Part shown: positions 1 through 9,155 of the stretch, piece after piece
Layout of the letters: the number at the start of each line of letters is the position of its first letter
How positions within the stretch are numbered: position 1 is the first letter of the stretch
NCBI GenBank assembly: GCA_013177935.1
Contig: JABLXZ010000004.1
Location: forward strand, 340,059 to 404,058
Length of the DNA: 64,000 nucleotides
Origin: a candidate division WOR-3 bacterium
GTDB taxonomy: Bacteria > Hydrothermota > Tepidihabitantia > Tepidihabitantales > Tepidihabitantaceae
Direction of reading: 5' to 3'
Position numbers and translations under genes: made by a program
The notes under the pieces: model-generated
What the model was told of the DNA's origin: nothing
The model's database searches: none
Seen by the model: only the letters and a program-made list of their open reading frames with translations

Positions 1-440
1 CCCCGGGCAAACTCCATCCGGTAAACTTTGCCATCGCGCGCCACCTCTGCCACCAGCCGCGTGGAAAGGGCGTTCACCACCGAAACCCCGACACCATGCA
101 GCCCGCCCGAAATCTGGTAAACCTTGTGCTCAAACTTCGCCCCGGAATGGAGCACGGTCAACACCACCTCAAGCGCCGACTTCTTCTCGGTCGGATGGAT
201 ATCAACCGGAATTCCCCGGCCATTGTCCTCAACCGAAACCTCATTGTCCGAATGAATCGTCACCACCACCTCATCGCAGTAACCGGCAAGCGCCTCATCA
301 ATCGCATTATCCACCACCTCAAAAACGAGATGGTGCAACCCGCGCACGCCGACATCACCGATGTACATCGCCGGGCGGTGCCGAACCGCCTCGAGCCCTT
401 TTAAAACATGGATTTGTGCTGCATTGTATGCCTCTGCCAT
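1..440 (-). CDS. gyrB: DNA gyrase subunit B, N-terminal fragment (gene continues past window start)
   Basis: rc of 1-440 reads from ATG (rc of 438-440): [78 protein letters not shown]... which is the GyrB GHKL ATPase N-terminus. Absent from the ORF table because it is truncated by the window edge; 96..404+ is its antisense shadow. Confidence 0.85.
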   Translation of the reverse strand, partial: MAEAYNAAQIHVLKGLEAVRHRPAMYIGDVGVRGLHHLVFEVVDNAIDEALAGYCDEVVVTIHSDNEVSVEDNGRGIPVDIHPTEKKSALEVVLTVLHSGAKFEHKVYQISGGLHGVGVSVVNALSTRLVAEVARDGKVYRMEFAR

Positions 441-472
441 TGTCTTTTATCCTAACAAATCTTTCGGCAAAA

Positions 473-796
473 TCAAGCGGTGTCCGCGCTCCGTTTCAGA
501 AAAAATCTGATGTCGGTTAACTGGCGCGAACCGATATGCTGGGTAATCTTTTCGAGCAACTGGTCTTTAAGAAAGGTCAACTGGGTCATCCATGCTGGTG
601 AATCAACCGCCACTAACAGCGTCTTATCCTCAACGCCGAGCGCCACCGTATGCCGCGCTATCGCCTCGCCCACCACCAACTTCCAGTCGCTAACCGCACG
701 ATAGACCACAATCTTTTCCTCCATCCCCAACTGGCGCAAAACCCGGGGCAAAGTCTCGTGGACCGTTTGAAACCGGCGCAGTTTCTTGCGGCGCAT
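473..796 (-). CDS. DUF721 / DciA-like protein (small protein usually found between recF and gyrB)
   Basis: 107 aa; pattern W..VVGEAIARHT...LLVAVDSPAWMTQLTFLKDQLLEKI fits the DUF721 family; it sits directly upstream of gyrB on the same strand. Confidence 0.55.
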   Translation of the reverse strand: MRRKKLRRFQTVHETLPRVLRQLGMEEKIVVYRAVSDWKLVVGEAIARHTVALGVEDKTLLVAVDSPAWMTQLTFLKDQLLEKITQHIGSRQLTDIRFFLKRSADTA

Positions 797-886
797 ATTT
801 ACTTATACCGGCAGAACCGCCCCGGGTCAAGGACACCCAAATTCGTTAAAAAATGTCGGAACACCCACCATTCTTTGCAAAAATAA

Positions 887-980
887 TGTACCGGTATGTT
901 GCCCGGCTTTGCTGAAACAGTGCACGGACCGGTTGCCTTTCTTCACAAAAATAGTGTACCGGCACATTGCAATGTGCCCC
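887..980 (+). promoter_or_regulatory. Two copies of the conserved motif TGTACCGG-YAYRTTGC; copy 2 (955-980) contains the perfect inverted repeat GGCACA-N6-TGTGCC
   Basis: 887-906 TGTACCGGTATGTTGCCCGG; 955-980 TGTACCGGCACATTGCAATGTGCCCC. Related copies occur at 7029-7096 and 62957-62983, and possibly 54847-54870. They sit immediately upstream of, or overlapping, the DUF58 start. Confidence 0.35.
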
Positions 981-1928
981 TCTGGACTTCAACCCCACCG
1001 CTTGTTAAACTGTAATGTGCTCACGCGCAAGTCAACCGATACAACCAGACTGGCGCTCAAACCGGAACTGGTGGCGAAACTCAAAGGCATTGACTTAAAG
1101 GCGCGGCTTGTGGTTGAAGGGTTTCTCGCCGGGTTGCACCGCTCGCCTTACAAGGGCTTCTCGGTTGAATTTACCGAACACCGTCCCTATATGCCGGGCG
1201 ATGAACTGAAACGCATCGACTGGCGCGTCTATGGTAGAACCGACCGCTTTTTTATCCGCGAGTTTGAAGAGGAGACCAACCTCCGCGCCTACCTCCTCCT
1301 TGACGCCTCAGGCTCAATGCACTACCCACCGGGTACCATTACCAAACTGGACTACAGCCGCTGGCTTGCTGCCAGCCTTGCCTATCTTCTTACCCGGCAG
1401 AAAGACTCGGTTGGCTTGGTCATCTTCACCGACCGCATCAACCGCTACATTCCGCCCCGCGCCACCGGTGCCCACCTCCGCATCATCTTCCGGGAACTGG
1501 AAAACACAAAACCGGGCGGTGACACCAGCCTCGGCAACACCCTGCACCAGCTTGCGGAACGGCTCAAGCGCCGCGGGCTTGTCATCATCATCTCCGACCT
1601 CTGGGACAACCAAACCGAGGTGCTTGCCGGTCTGCGCCACTTCCGGGCACGCAAACACGAACTCCTCCTGTTCCACATCTTCCACCCCGATGAAGCGAAC
1701 CTGAACTTTCCCACCCCGCTCCTTTTGCGCGATTTGGAAACCGGCGCCGAACTGACCGTTGACCCCCGCCTTCTCAAAACGCGCTATCAGGAAAGTTTTC
1801 GCCAGCGCAGCGCCGAGTTCAAAAAGGGTTGCAACGAAGCCCGTATCGACTATCAACCCCTGTCCCTTGCCACACCCTTTGACCAGGCGCTCCTCAAATA
1901 CCTTGAGCGCCGGCGCCGTTTGTCCTAA
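972..1928 (+). CDS. DUF58 domain protein (VWA-like, partner of BatA-type proteins); start uncertain (ATG 972 or GTG 1017)
   Basis: ...LKARLVVEGFLAGLHRSPYKGFSVEFTEHRPYMPGDELKRIDWRVYGRTDRFFIREFEEE... is the classic DUF58 core. The table ORF 786.. extends through the intergenic motif region, so I trimmed it to an internal start. Confidence 0.75.
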   Translation: MCPSGLQPHRLLNCNVLTRKSTDTTRLALKPELVAKLKGIDLKARLVVEGFLAGLHRSPYKGFSVEFTEHRPYMPGDELKRIDWRVYGRTDRFFIREFEEETNLRAYLLLDASGSMHYPPGTITKLDYSRWLAASLAYLLTRQKDSVGLVIFTDRINRYIPPRATGAHLRIIFRELENTKPGGDTSLGNTLHQLAERLKRRGLVIIISDLWDNQTEVLAGLRHFRARKHELLLFHIFHPDEANLNFPTPLLLRDLETGAELTVDPRLLKTRYQESFRQRSAEFKKGCNEARIDYQPLSLATPFDQALLKYLERRRRLS

Positions 1929-3803
1929 ATGCGGTTCCTTGCCCCGGGATTTCTCCTTCTTTTGCCCCTTGCCTTCCTGCCGGTCCTCATCCACCTTTTG
2001 AGCCGGCTCCGGCTGCGCCGGCTTTCCTTTCCTTCTTTACTTCTCTTGCAAACCGTGCGCCGCGAGCGCTTCTCCTGGCTCCGGTTGCGGGAAATTGTCC
2101 TGCTGATTTTGCGCACCCTCGCCCTCCTCTTCCTCCTTTTTGCCCTTACCCGTCCCTACCTGCTCCGCCTCCTGCCGGGCTTAAAAAGCGAAGACCTCAT
2201 CATCATCCTTGACGACTCCTACAGTATGGGTTATGGTGACCGCTGGCATCACGCCCGGCGCGCCGCCCAGCAGTTTGTCCGTGCCGCAACCCGTGTCCGG
2301 CTCATCCTTACCAGCCAGCCCGACACCGTCTTCACCGGAATAAAAACCCTGCGCGCTCTTCTTGACACCATCACGCCTTCCCACGCCGCCCCGGCTCTGA
2401 CCCCGGCACTGGTACGCGCCTTTACCGAAAGCCGCACCGGCACCCCACCGCTGGTGCTCATCACCGACCTCCAGCGTTCTGCTCTCCCGGAAACCGGTTT
2501 GACCAAACCGCCTGCGCCGCTCCACATCGTCCATCTCGGCAGCCCAAAATTTGTCAACGCCGGTATCGGACGCCTTTACCTTGACAACCACTTTATCAGG
2601 GCGGAAATCGCCAACTACAGCACCCAGCCCATCACCCGCACCGTTCGCCTCCACCGCAACAGCAATGTTGAAGAGCAGACGGTTAACATCGCACCCCGCA
2701 GCACCGTTACCGTTTCATTTACCACACCCGGTGCCGGTCCCGGACTGGACACCGGCTTTGTCCAGATTACCGCCGACTCACTACCTCTTGACGACACCCG
2801 CTACTTCGCCTTCAACATCCCGGCAAAAGTGCCCGTCCTCGTTGTCCGCAGCCCCGCGGTCCCGGACCGCTACCTTAACCTTGTCCTTGCCGCCGACAGC
2901 ACCGGACCATTTTTACCCACCACCGTTGACCGTAACGAACTGAGCCGGCTCGACCTGCGCCGCTTCCCGCTCCTCATCATCACCGATGCCGCAATTTTGC
3001 AACCCGGCGACTGGGACCGGATTGATTTTTACCTTACCGCGGGTGGTGCCGCGCTCATCATCGCCGGTACCCCGCTTCCGGACCCTTCCGGACTCAACCG
3101 CTTCCTGACAGTTCAGGGCTTCAACCGACCTGCCGGTTTTTTAACCGTTGCCCGGGTTGACACCACCCATCCCATCCTCAACATCTTCCATCCCCGCGAC
3201 TTCGCCACCACTCGCTTCTTTGCCACCAACCGCCTTACCGGCGGCAAAAACCTCGTCTTTCTTTCCAGCGGCGACCCGCTCATAGTTGAAATACCGGAAA
3301 AAAACCTGATTGTCTGGACCTTTGCCCCGGCACCCTTTGCTACCGATTTGGTGTTTAAGGCACCCTTTGCCCCGCTTTTCATCCGCACGCTGACCTACCT
3401 TGTTACCACGTTACGCACTGAATACATCGTCGGCGACACTGTCACCCTGCCGGTAAAGAGCCTCGCTCCGGTAACATTGTCAACACCATCGGGCAACATG
3501 CTAATTTCACCTCAACCCGGACAACCGCGTCCTAAAATTGTTTTCACCGACACCCGGAATCCGGGAATTTACCGCCTTGACAGCCTTGCGTTTGCGGTCA
3601 ACCCTGATGCCCGGGAAGGCGACCTGACCCCGATTTCTAACAACCTCCTGCCTCGCACCGGGATTACGATACAAACTCAGGCGGTTCCCACCGCGGACTT
3701 AACCGCACTGCTCTTATTTCTTGCCCTGCTGGCGTTTCTGATGGAAATGGTTATTCTTGTCTCTGAGGTTTTATTTCAGAAAAGAAGCCCGGTACGCAGA
3801 TAG
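1929..3803 (+). CDS. BatA-like membrane protein (aerotolerance-regulator N-terminal domain + VWA-like domain)
   Basis: N-terminus LLLLPLAFLPVLIHLLSRLRLRRLSFPSLLLL...RPYLL is the BatA_N signature; IIILDDSYSMGYGDRW looks like a VWA/MIDAS motif; TAA-ATG abutment with the DUF58 gene. Confidence 0.7.
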   Translation: MRFLAPGFLLLLPLAFLPVLIHLLSRLRLRRLSFPSLLLLQTVRRERFSWLRLREIVLLILRTLALLFLLFALTRPYLLRLLPGLKSEDLIIILDDSYSMGYGDRWHHARRAAQQFVRAATRVRLILTSQPDTVFTGIKTLRALLDTITPSHAAPALTPALVRAFTESRTGTPPLVLITDLQRSALPETGLTKPPAPLHIVHLGSPKFVNAGIGRLYLDNHFIRAEIANYSTQPITRTVRLHRNSNVEEQTVNIAPRSTVTVSFTTPGAGPGLDTGFVQITADSLPLDDTRYFAFNIPAKVPVLVVRSPAVPDRYLNLVLAADSTGPFLPTTVDRNELSRLDLRRFPLLIITDAAILQPGDWDRIDFYLTAGGAALIIAGTPLPDPSGLNRFLTVQGFNRPAGFLTVARVDTTHPILNIFHPRDFATTRFFATNRLTGGKNLVFLSSGDPLIVEIPEKNLIVWTFAPAPFATDLVFKAPFAPLFIRTLTYLVTTLRTEYIVGDTVTLPVKSLAPVTLSTPSGNMLISPQPGQPRPKIVFTDTRNPGIYRLDSLAFAVNPDAREGDLTPISNNLLPRTGITIQTQAVPTADLTALLLFLALLAFLMEMVILVSEVLFQKRSPVRR

Positions 3804-4147
3804 TCGGCATAGCGCCGGAAAATCGACTCATCCTCAAGAATCGCAATCCGGGATATCACCACCATCCCGCCTTCGGCATTGACCTTGAGCCCAAAAGCCT
3901 GATGACCCGGTTCGCGCACCACATAGCCGATTTCGTAAACCTCCTCCGCCTTCTGATAGCCCCGACCGGTAACCTGCTCCATAAACCAGGCAAGGTTGTC
4001 CGCTACCGCGGTCAATGCCGGCATCGGAGCAAAGGGATTTAATAGCGGGATTAAAATAACCTCACCGCCCTTGGCGCGCTCATCAACCACCTGGGTCCGG
4101 TCAATCTCAACAAATGCCTTTAACTCTTCCGGCGACCTCAACTCCAT
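3776..4147 (-). CDS. hypothetical protein (123 aa)
   Basis: ORF with an upstream gene 3 nt away on the same strand; no recognisable motif. Confidence 0.4.
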   Translation of the reverse strand: MELRSPEELKAFVEIDRTQVVDERAKGGEVILIPLLNPFAPMPALTAVADNLAWFMEQVTGRGYQKAEEVYEIGYVVREPGHQAFGLKVNAEGGMVVISRIAILEDESIFRRYADYLRTGLLF

Positions 4148-4150
4148 CGC

Positions 4151-5392
4151 CTAAATCTCCTCGCCATAAAGATAAGCATAAACCTTGGCATTGCCGACCA
4201 TATTGGCGATGACGCAGAACTCATTCGGCTTGTGCGCCTGACCGGCATTTTTGCCCCAGACCACTGCCGGTATCCCCTGACGCCGGAAAAATGCCGCTAC
4301 CGTACCACCGCCAATACCCTTGACAAAAGGCTCAACGCCATACACCGCCCTTACCGCCTTTGCCAGTCTTTGTACCACCGGTGCATCCGCTGGCGTCGGC
4401 GGCGCCGCGGGCGCTGCCTGCTCAATATCAACCTTGACCTTCACCCCGAACTCCTGTTCCACCGTTGCCACCACCTCCTGCACCGTATTCAGCACATCTT
4501 CCAGTTGATAAACCGGCAGAATCCGGCAGTCAAAGTAGAAGATATCCTCCCCTGGAATCGTATTGACATTGGGGACATTCGCCTCCTTTTTCGTCGGCTC
4601 CATCGTCGAATAGGGCGGCGTGAACAACTCGTCCCGGGCATTGAACCTCTCGTGCAAAACCCGGTCCAGTCTGATTAACAGATTGGCACCGGCCCGGTGC
4701 GCGTTGTTGCCATGGTGGGGTGTGGAACCGTGCGCCTGCTGTCCGATGGTCGTAAACTTCATCCAGAGTATTGACTTCTCCGCAATCTCAAGCAATGTGC
4801 CCGCCTCGTTGCCCGCATCCGGCACCACAACCAGGTCCTCTTTATGGCACAACCGGTGATTCTTCAGCAGCCAGTCAACCCCGAAAGACGAACCGGTCTC
4901 CTCATCCGCCACGAGCATCAAACCAACCGGTAAGCGGGGCTTTAGCCCGAGGTCTAAAAGCGCCTTCAGCGCAAAGATACTTGCCACCATCTCCTGTTGA
5001 TTGTCCTCAACACCCCGGCCATAGATTTTGCCGTTCTCCACCCGGGCACAAAACGGGTCTGACTCCCACAACTCCCTTGGTCCGGCTGGCACAACATCAA
5101 GATGGGTCATCACCCAGAGCGTAGGACCAGTGCCTTCCCCTTCCTGCCGCACCACAAGGCTGGGTCGATAACCGCACGGTGCCAGCGGGTCTGGCGCGCG
5201 AAACTCCTCAAACTCAAGCCCCCAGCCCGCCAGAACCCCTTTTAGATACTCAACCCTTGCCTTTTCGCCTTCCCCACCCGATTTCGGGCTGATTGCCGGC
5301 AGCGCCACGAGCCGACGCTGCATCTCCACCATCTCCGGCTCCAGCGCCTCAATCCGCTGCACGATTTTATCAAATATTTCCTTGTCCCACAT
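4151..5392 (-). CDS. M20 family metallopeptidase (ArgE/DapE/acetylornithine deacetylase-like)
   Basis: Motifs THLDVVPAG and GRGVEDNQ, plus an overall M20 dimerisation-domain layout; 413 aa. Confidence 0.7.
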   Translation of the reverse strand: MWDKEIFDKIVQRIEALEPEMVEMQRRLVALPAISPKSGGEGEKARVEYLKGVLAGWGLEFEEFRAPDPLAPCGYRPSLVVRQEGEGTGPTLWVMTHLDVVPAGPRELWESDPFCARVENGKIYGRGVEDNQQEMVASIFALKALLDLGLKPRLPVGLMLVADEETGSSFGVDWLLKNHRLCHKEDLVVVPDAGNEAGTLLEIAEKSILWMKFTTIGQQAHGSTPHHGNNAHRAGANLLIRLDRVLHERFNARDELFTPPYSTMEPTKKEANVPNVNTIPGEDIFYFDCRILPVYQLEDVLNTVQEVVATVEQEFGVKVKVDIEQAAPAAPPTPADAPVVQRLAKAVRAVYGVEPFVKGIGGGTVAAFFRRQGIPAVVWGKNAGQAHKPNEFCVIANMVGNAKVYAYLYGEEI

Positions 5393-5435
5393 CGGTTCAT
5401 AATAGCGGGTTTAAACCGTCCGGTCAATACCGGTT

Positions 5436-6560
5436 TTATCCAAGAACCGGAAGCCAGAAATAGAATGTTGAACCTTTACCCGGCTCGGACTCGGCGCCGA
5501 TAAACCCCTTGTGCGCCTCGATTATCTGCCGGCAAATCGCCAATCCCAGACCCGTAGAACGCTCACCCGCGGTGCTCCGGACACTGGTCTTCTGAAACGG
5601 CTTGAACAACTTTTTCATCTCATCTGCCGGAATTCCCTGGCCCTGGTCTTTTACCGCCACCCGCACCCCGCCATTCTCCTTACCCACCCGCACCGACACC
5701 TTCGTACCCGGCGCCGAGAACTTAAACGCATTACTCAAAAAGTTGTTGAGCACCTGGGTAATACGTGCCGGGTCCGCATACACCCGCACGCCATCGTCTT
5801 CAATCACCAGTTTCAGTTCAATCCCCTTCTGCGCGCCTAACATCCGGTTCTCCTCAATGTTCTTCGCCACCAGTTCTGTCAACTCCACCGGTTCCAGATT
5901 CAACTCAATCTGCCCCGCCTCAATCCGGGTGAAGTCCAGCAAGTCGTTGATTAAATTAACCATAAATTCGGCGTTCGCCTTAATCCGCTCGATAAACTCC
6001 AACTTCTTCTCATCGGGTAATGAAGCGCCCGCCTCCTCTAAGAGAAAACCGGCACAGGTGATTATCACTGTCAGTGGATTACGCAGGTCGTGCGCCGCCA
6101 TACCGAGAAACTGATTCTTCAACTCGCTCAACTTTGCCAGCTGGGTGTTCTTCTCTGCCAGTTCCAGCTCCTGACGTTTCCGCTCCAGTGCATAGCGCAA
6201 ACTGCGCACCAGCCCCCGGCTATCAATATGCCCCTTTACCAGATAGTCCTGTGCCCCCATCTTTGCCACTGCCACCGCCATCTCTTCGTCATCCAGCCCG
6301 GTCATAATCACAATCGGCACCTGCGGCGCCACAGTATTGACGCGCGCTACCGTCTCCAGCCCCTTACTGTCCGGTAGCGATAGGTCAAGCAGCACCACAT
6401 CAAAACTCTCTTCCTTCAGCCGTTGCGTTGCCTCCTCACACCGTACCAGATGGGTGATTTCAAACCTGCCGCCATCCGCCTCCGCTATTGTCTCTTTCAC
6501 GAGTCGGGCATCACCGGGATTGTCTTCAACCAGAAGAATCCGTAACCTTTCACCAACCAT
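5436..6560 (-). CDS. Hybrid response-regulator / histidine kinase (REC-HisKA-HATPase_c)
   Basis: N-terminus [13 protein letters not shown]...DVVLLDLSLPDSKG (REC); H-box AAHDLRNPL; LNNFLSNAFKF, GTGLGL and GKGSTFYFWLP (HATPase_c). Confidence 0.85.
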   Translation of the reverse strand: MVGERLRILLVEDNPGDARLVKETIAEADGGRFEITHLVRCEEATQRLKEESFDVVLLDLSLPDSKGLETVARVNTVAPQVPIVIMTGLDDEEMAVAVAKMGAQDYLVKGHIDSRGLVRSLRYALERKRQELELAEKNTQLAKLSELKNQFLGMAAHDLRNPLTVIITCAGFLLEEAGASLPDEKKLEFIERIKANAEFMVNLINDLLDFTRIEAGQIELNLEPVELTELVAKNIEENRMLGAQKGIELKLVIEDDGVRVYADPARITQVLNNFLSNAFKFSAPGTKVSVRVGKENGGVRVAVKDQGQGIPADEMKKLFKPFQKTSVRSTAGERSTGLGLAICRQIIEAHKGFIGAESEPGKGSTFYFWLPVLG

Positions 6561-6571
6561 CTTATTAAACC

Positions 6572-7015
6572 CTACTCCGGCAACTTGACCACCGTTAGCC
6601 AGAACTCCTGAATCGACTTTATCACCCGGATGAACTGCTCAAAATCGACCGGCTTTGTCACATAGCAGTTGGCATGCAGGTCATAGCTCTTCAGGATATC
6701 CTCCTCCGCCTTGGAAGTAGTAAGAATCACCACCGGTATTCGGCGTAAACTCGGGTCCGCCTTAATTTCTGCCAGAACCTCCTGGCCATTTTTCTTGGGC
6801 AGGTTCAAATCCAGGAGAATTATATCCGGGCGTGGCGCGTCGCTAAACCCGTCCTTCCGATAAAGGAACTTCAGCGCCTCCTCGCCATCCCTCACAATAT
6901 GCAGATTGTTACGCACCTTTGCCTCGCGCAATGCCTCCTGGGTCAAACGGACATCACCCGGATTGTCTTCAACCAAAAGGATTTCAACCGGTGTCCCATT
7001 TTCACCTTTTGTCAT
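6572..7015 (-). CDS. Single-domain response regulator (CheY-like REC)
   Basis: [13 protein letters not shown]...[14 protein letters not shown]...CYVTKP; 147 aa. Confidence 0.85.
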   Translation of the reverse strand: MTKGENGTPVEILLVEDNPGDVRLTQEALREAKVRNNLHIVRDGEEALKFLYRKDGFSDAPRPDIILLDLNLPKKNGQEVLAEIKADPSLRRIPVVILTTSKAEEDILKSYDLHANCYVTKPVDFEQFIRVIKSIQEFWLTVVKLPE

Positions 7016-7028
7016 TCTCCCTCCTTTC

Positions 7029-7096
7029 GTACGGGCACATTGCCACCTGTTCCTATTTTTCTCCCTTTGTGTACGGGCACACTGCGGCGTGCTCCT
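7029..7096 (+). promoter_or_regulatory. Two tandem copies of the GTACGGGCACAYTGC motif in the 79-nt gap between the sensor kinase and response regulator genes
   Basis: 7029-7054 GTACGGGCACATTGCCACCTGTTCCT; 7069-7096 GTGTACGGGCACACTGCGGCGTGCTCCT (GGCACA-N6-CGTGCT half-palindrome). Same family as 955-980 and 62957-62983, but on the strand opposite to the flanking genes. Confidence 0.3.
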
Positions 7097-9155
7097 ACTC
7101 TATTTCGGCGGGCGGCAGGGTAAAGAAAAAAGTTGTCCCCTTACCCACTTCCGACTCAAACCATATTTTGCCGCCGTGCCGCTCAACTATCTTCTTACAA
7201 ACCGCTAAACCGATTCCGGTTCCCGGATACTCCTCCCGGGTGTGCAAACGCTGGAAAATCTCAAAAACCTTTTCCGAAAACTTCGGGTCGATGCCGATGC
7301 CATTGTCCTTGACCGCAAACCGCCACATTCCATCTACCCGCTCTGCCCAGATGTCAACACGCGGCTTCTCCTGGGTGAACTTCAGGGCATTTCCCACCAG
7401 GTTCTGAAACAACTGCTCCAGTTGCCGCTCATCGGCAAGGACCACGGGTAAGGGCTTACTATTGACCTCTGCTCCCTTCTCCTCAATCGCAATTTTCAGA
7501 TTCAGCAGCGCCCGCTTTAGGACTTCGTTACTATCGGTCGGCACCGGTTCCTTACCCCTTGTTCCCACCCGGGAATAGGTCAACAGGTCATTAATCAACC
7601 GCTGCATCCTCGTTACACCATCAACCGCAAAATTGATAAACTCATCGGCATCGCTATCAAGTTTTCCTTTATACCGCCGGGCTAAAAGCCCGACATAACT
7701 GCCCACCATCCGCAACGGCTCCTGCAAATCGTGCGATGCCACATAGGCAAACCGCTCCAGTTCCTGATTGGACCGGCGCAACTCCTCGGTCTTCTCCTGC
7801 AACTTCAATTCCGCCCTTCGCCGCTCGGTGATGTCCTCACCCGAACTCAAGGTACCAACAATTTTGCCCGACTCATCCCTGATTACCACATTGTGCCAGT
7901 GAATCAACCTCTCCTCACCGCTTCGTGTTAAAACCGGATTCTCATACTCGGCAGCCGGTTCAACCTCACCGCGCATCAGCATATCAAACATCGCCCGGGT
8001 TTCATTCCGCACCGTTTCAGGCAAAAAGTTTTCAAACCACTCTTTACCCAAAACCTCATCCTCTTGATAACCCAGCACCTGACGACCCTGACGATTGATT
8101 AAGGTTACTTTACCTTCCCGGTCCAGGGCAACGATAATCACGCCCGCAACATCAAGATACATCTGTGCCCGCTCCTTCTCCTGACGCAACTCCTGCTCCT
8201 GGGCAAAGTAGCGGGTAATCAGCCGGCTCAACTCTCCGAACTCGGACCGGCTCTTGTTAAGTTGTGTCAACCCCTGCGTAGTCCGACGGCTCAAAGCATC
8301 CGTAATCTGCTTAAGCGGTCCTGTCACCCAGAAAACCAGTCCCAATCCAACCGTCAAAACCGTTACCAGTGCCACCACAATCAATACCACCAACTGCTGG
8401 ACAACACCGCGATGGAACTGAACGATAGTTCCACTAACAAACCTCAATTTCAAATCGGCAATCGGTTTACCATCCTCCGCAAGTAGGGTGTGACGAATCA
8501 CAATCAACCCCTGTGCCTGGTTTGTTTTCTCTCCATCACCAGCAGGCGGCACGATTTGCGCCGTGCTATTAACCATTTGTGCCAGTCCATTGACATAACT
8601 GTCATCCCATAACCGGGCAACAAAAAAGACGCCCTGGGGTTCGGTTTTTCGCTCCGGGTCATTAGTTGGATGGATTGTTGCACCCTGCACCTCAACCAGA
8701 CCCAGAGGCGTTCCCGCCCAGAAGTGGCAGAACCGCTCCGAATCACTTAGCATCCTTTTTGCATTGTCCGCAAGCGACAACACTGCTAAACCGTCTTTGC
8801 CTTCCCCAAATGCACTGTAAACCAGTTCCCCTTTTCGGTTGTAAACCCAGGCGCCATCCGCCTGGTAAGTGCCCAATGGTTCTGCGACATTCTCATCAAA
8901 AAACTTCCTGTTCTTATTTCGTACTGCACTAACCATCTCATCCCAGTAGGTGTAGTCGTAGGCAAAATTCTTAAGTGAAGACCCTTTTAACTCCAGCAGC
9001 CGGTTGAAGATATTGTGGAGCGCATACTCCTGGGTGCGGAAAATCGCTCCAACGCGCCTTTTCTCATTCCCGTAGAACATAACCAACCCGACACCGATAA
9101 ACACCACAACCCCCCAAAAAAGCGTGATAAATCTTATCGGCGTGCGCGCAAACAT
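7095..9155 (-). CDS. Membrane sensor histidine kinase (2 TM, periplasmic sensor domain, PAS, HisKA, HATPase_c)
   Basis: TM helices [20 protein letters not shown] and [23 protein letters not shown]; H-box [10 protein letters not shown]; [15 protein letters not shown] and [11 protein letters not shown]. Confidence 0.85.
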   Translation of the reverse strand: MFARTPIRFITLFWGVVVFIGVGLVMFYGNEKRRVGAIFRTQEYALHNIFNRLLELKGSSLKNFAYDYTYWDEMVSAVRNKNRKFFDENVAEPLGTYQADGAWVYNRKGELVYSAFGEGKDGLAVLSLADNAKRMLSDSERFCHFWAGTPLGLVEVQGATIHPTNDPERKTEPQGVFFVARLWDDSYVNGLAQMVNSTAQIVPPAGDGEKTNQAQGLIVIRHTLLAEDGKPIADLKLRFVSGTIVQFHRGVVQQLVVLIVVALVTVLTVGLGLVFWVTGPLKQITDALSRRTTQGLTQLNKSRSEFGELSRLITRYFAQEQELRQEKERAQMYLDVAGVIIVALDREGKVTLINRQGRQVLGYQEDEVLGKEWFENFLPETVRNETRAMFDMLMRGEVEPAAEYENPVLTRSGEERLIHWHNVVIRDESGKIVGTLSSGEDITERRRAELKLQEKTEELRRSNQELERFAYVASHDLQEPLRMVGSYVGLLARRYKGKLDSDADEFINFAVDGVTRMQRLINDLLTYSRVGTRGKEPVPTDSNEVLKRALLNLKIAIEEKGAEVNSKPLPVVLADERQLEQLFQNLVGNALKFTQEKPRVDIWAERVDGMWRFAVKDNGIGIDPKFSEKVFEIFQRLHTREEYPGTGIGLAVCKKIVERHGGKIWFESEVGKGTTFFFTLPPAEIE

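Noticed and set aside
96-404. 102-aa plus-strand ORF
   Set aside because: Antisense shadow of the gyrB N-terminus, which translates cleanly on the minus strand.
786-971. 5' extension of the DUF58 ORF (table start 786)
   Set aside because: The translation runs through the intergenic motif/palindrome region and has no DUF58-like sequence; the real start is more likely ATG 972 or GTG 1017.
955-980. sigma54 (-24/-12) promoter reading of the GGCAC...TTGC motif
   Set aside because: The GG-to-GC spacing is 8 nt, not the ~10-11 nt required for TGGCAC-N5-TTGC. The dyad symmetry fits a dimeric operator better.
1314-1994. 226-aa minus-strand ORF, and several other 60-230-aa ORFs antisense to annotated genes (e.g. 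2181..2654, 4232..4678, 5602..6114, 26276..26965)
   Set aside because: High-GC antisense open frames with low-complexity Ala/Gly/Arg-rich translations, embedded in genes that have clear family signatures.
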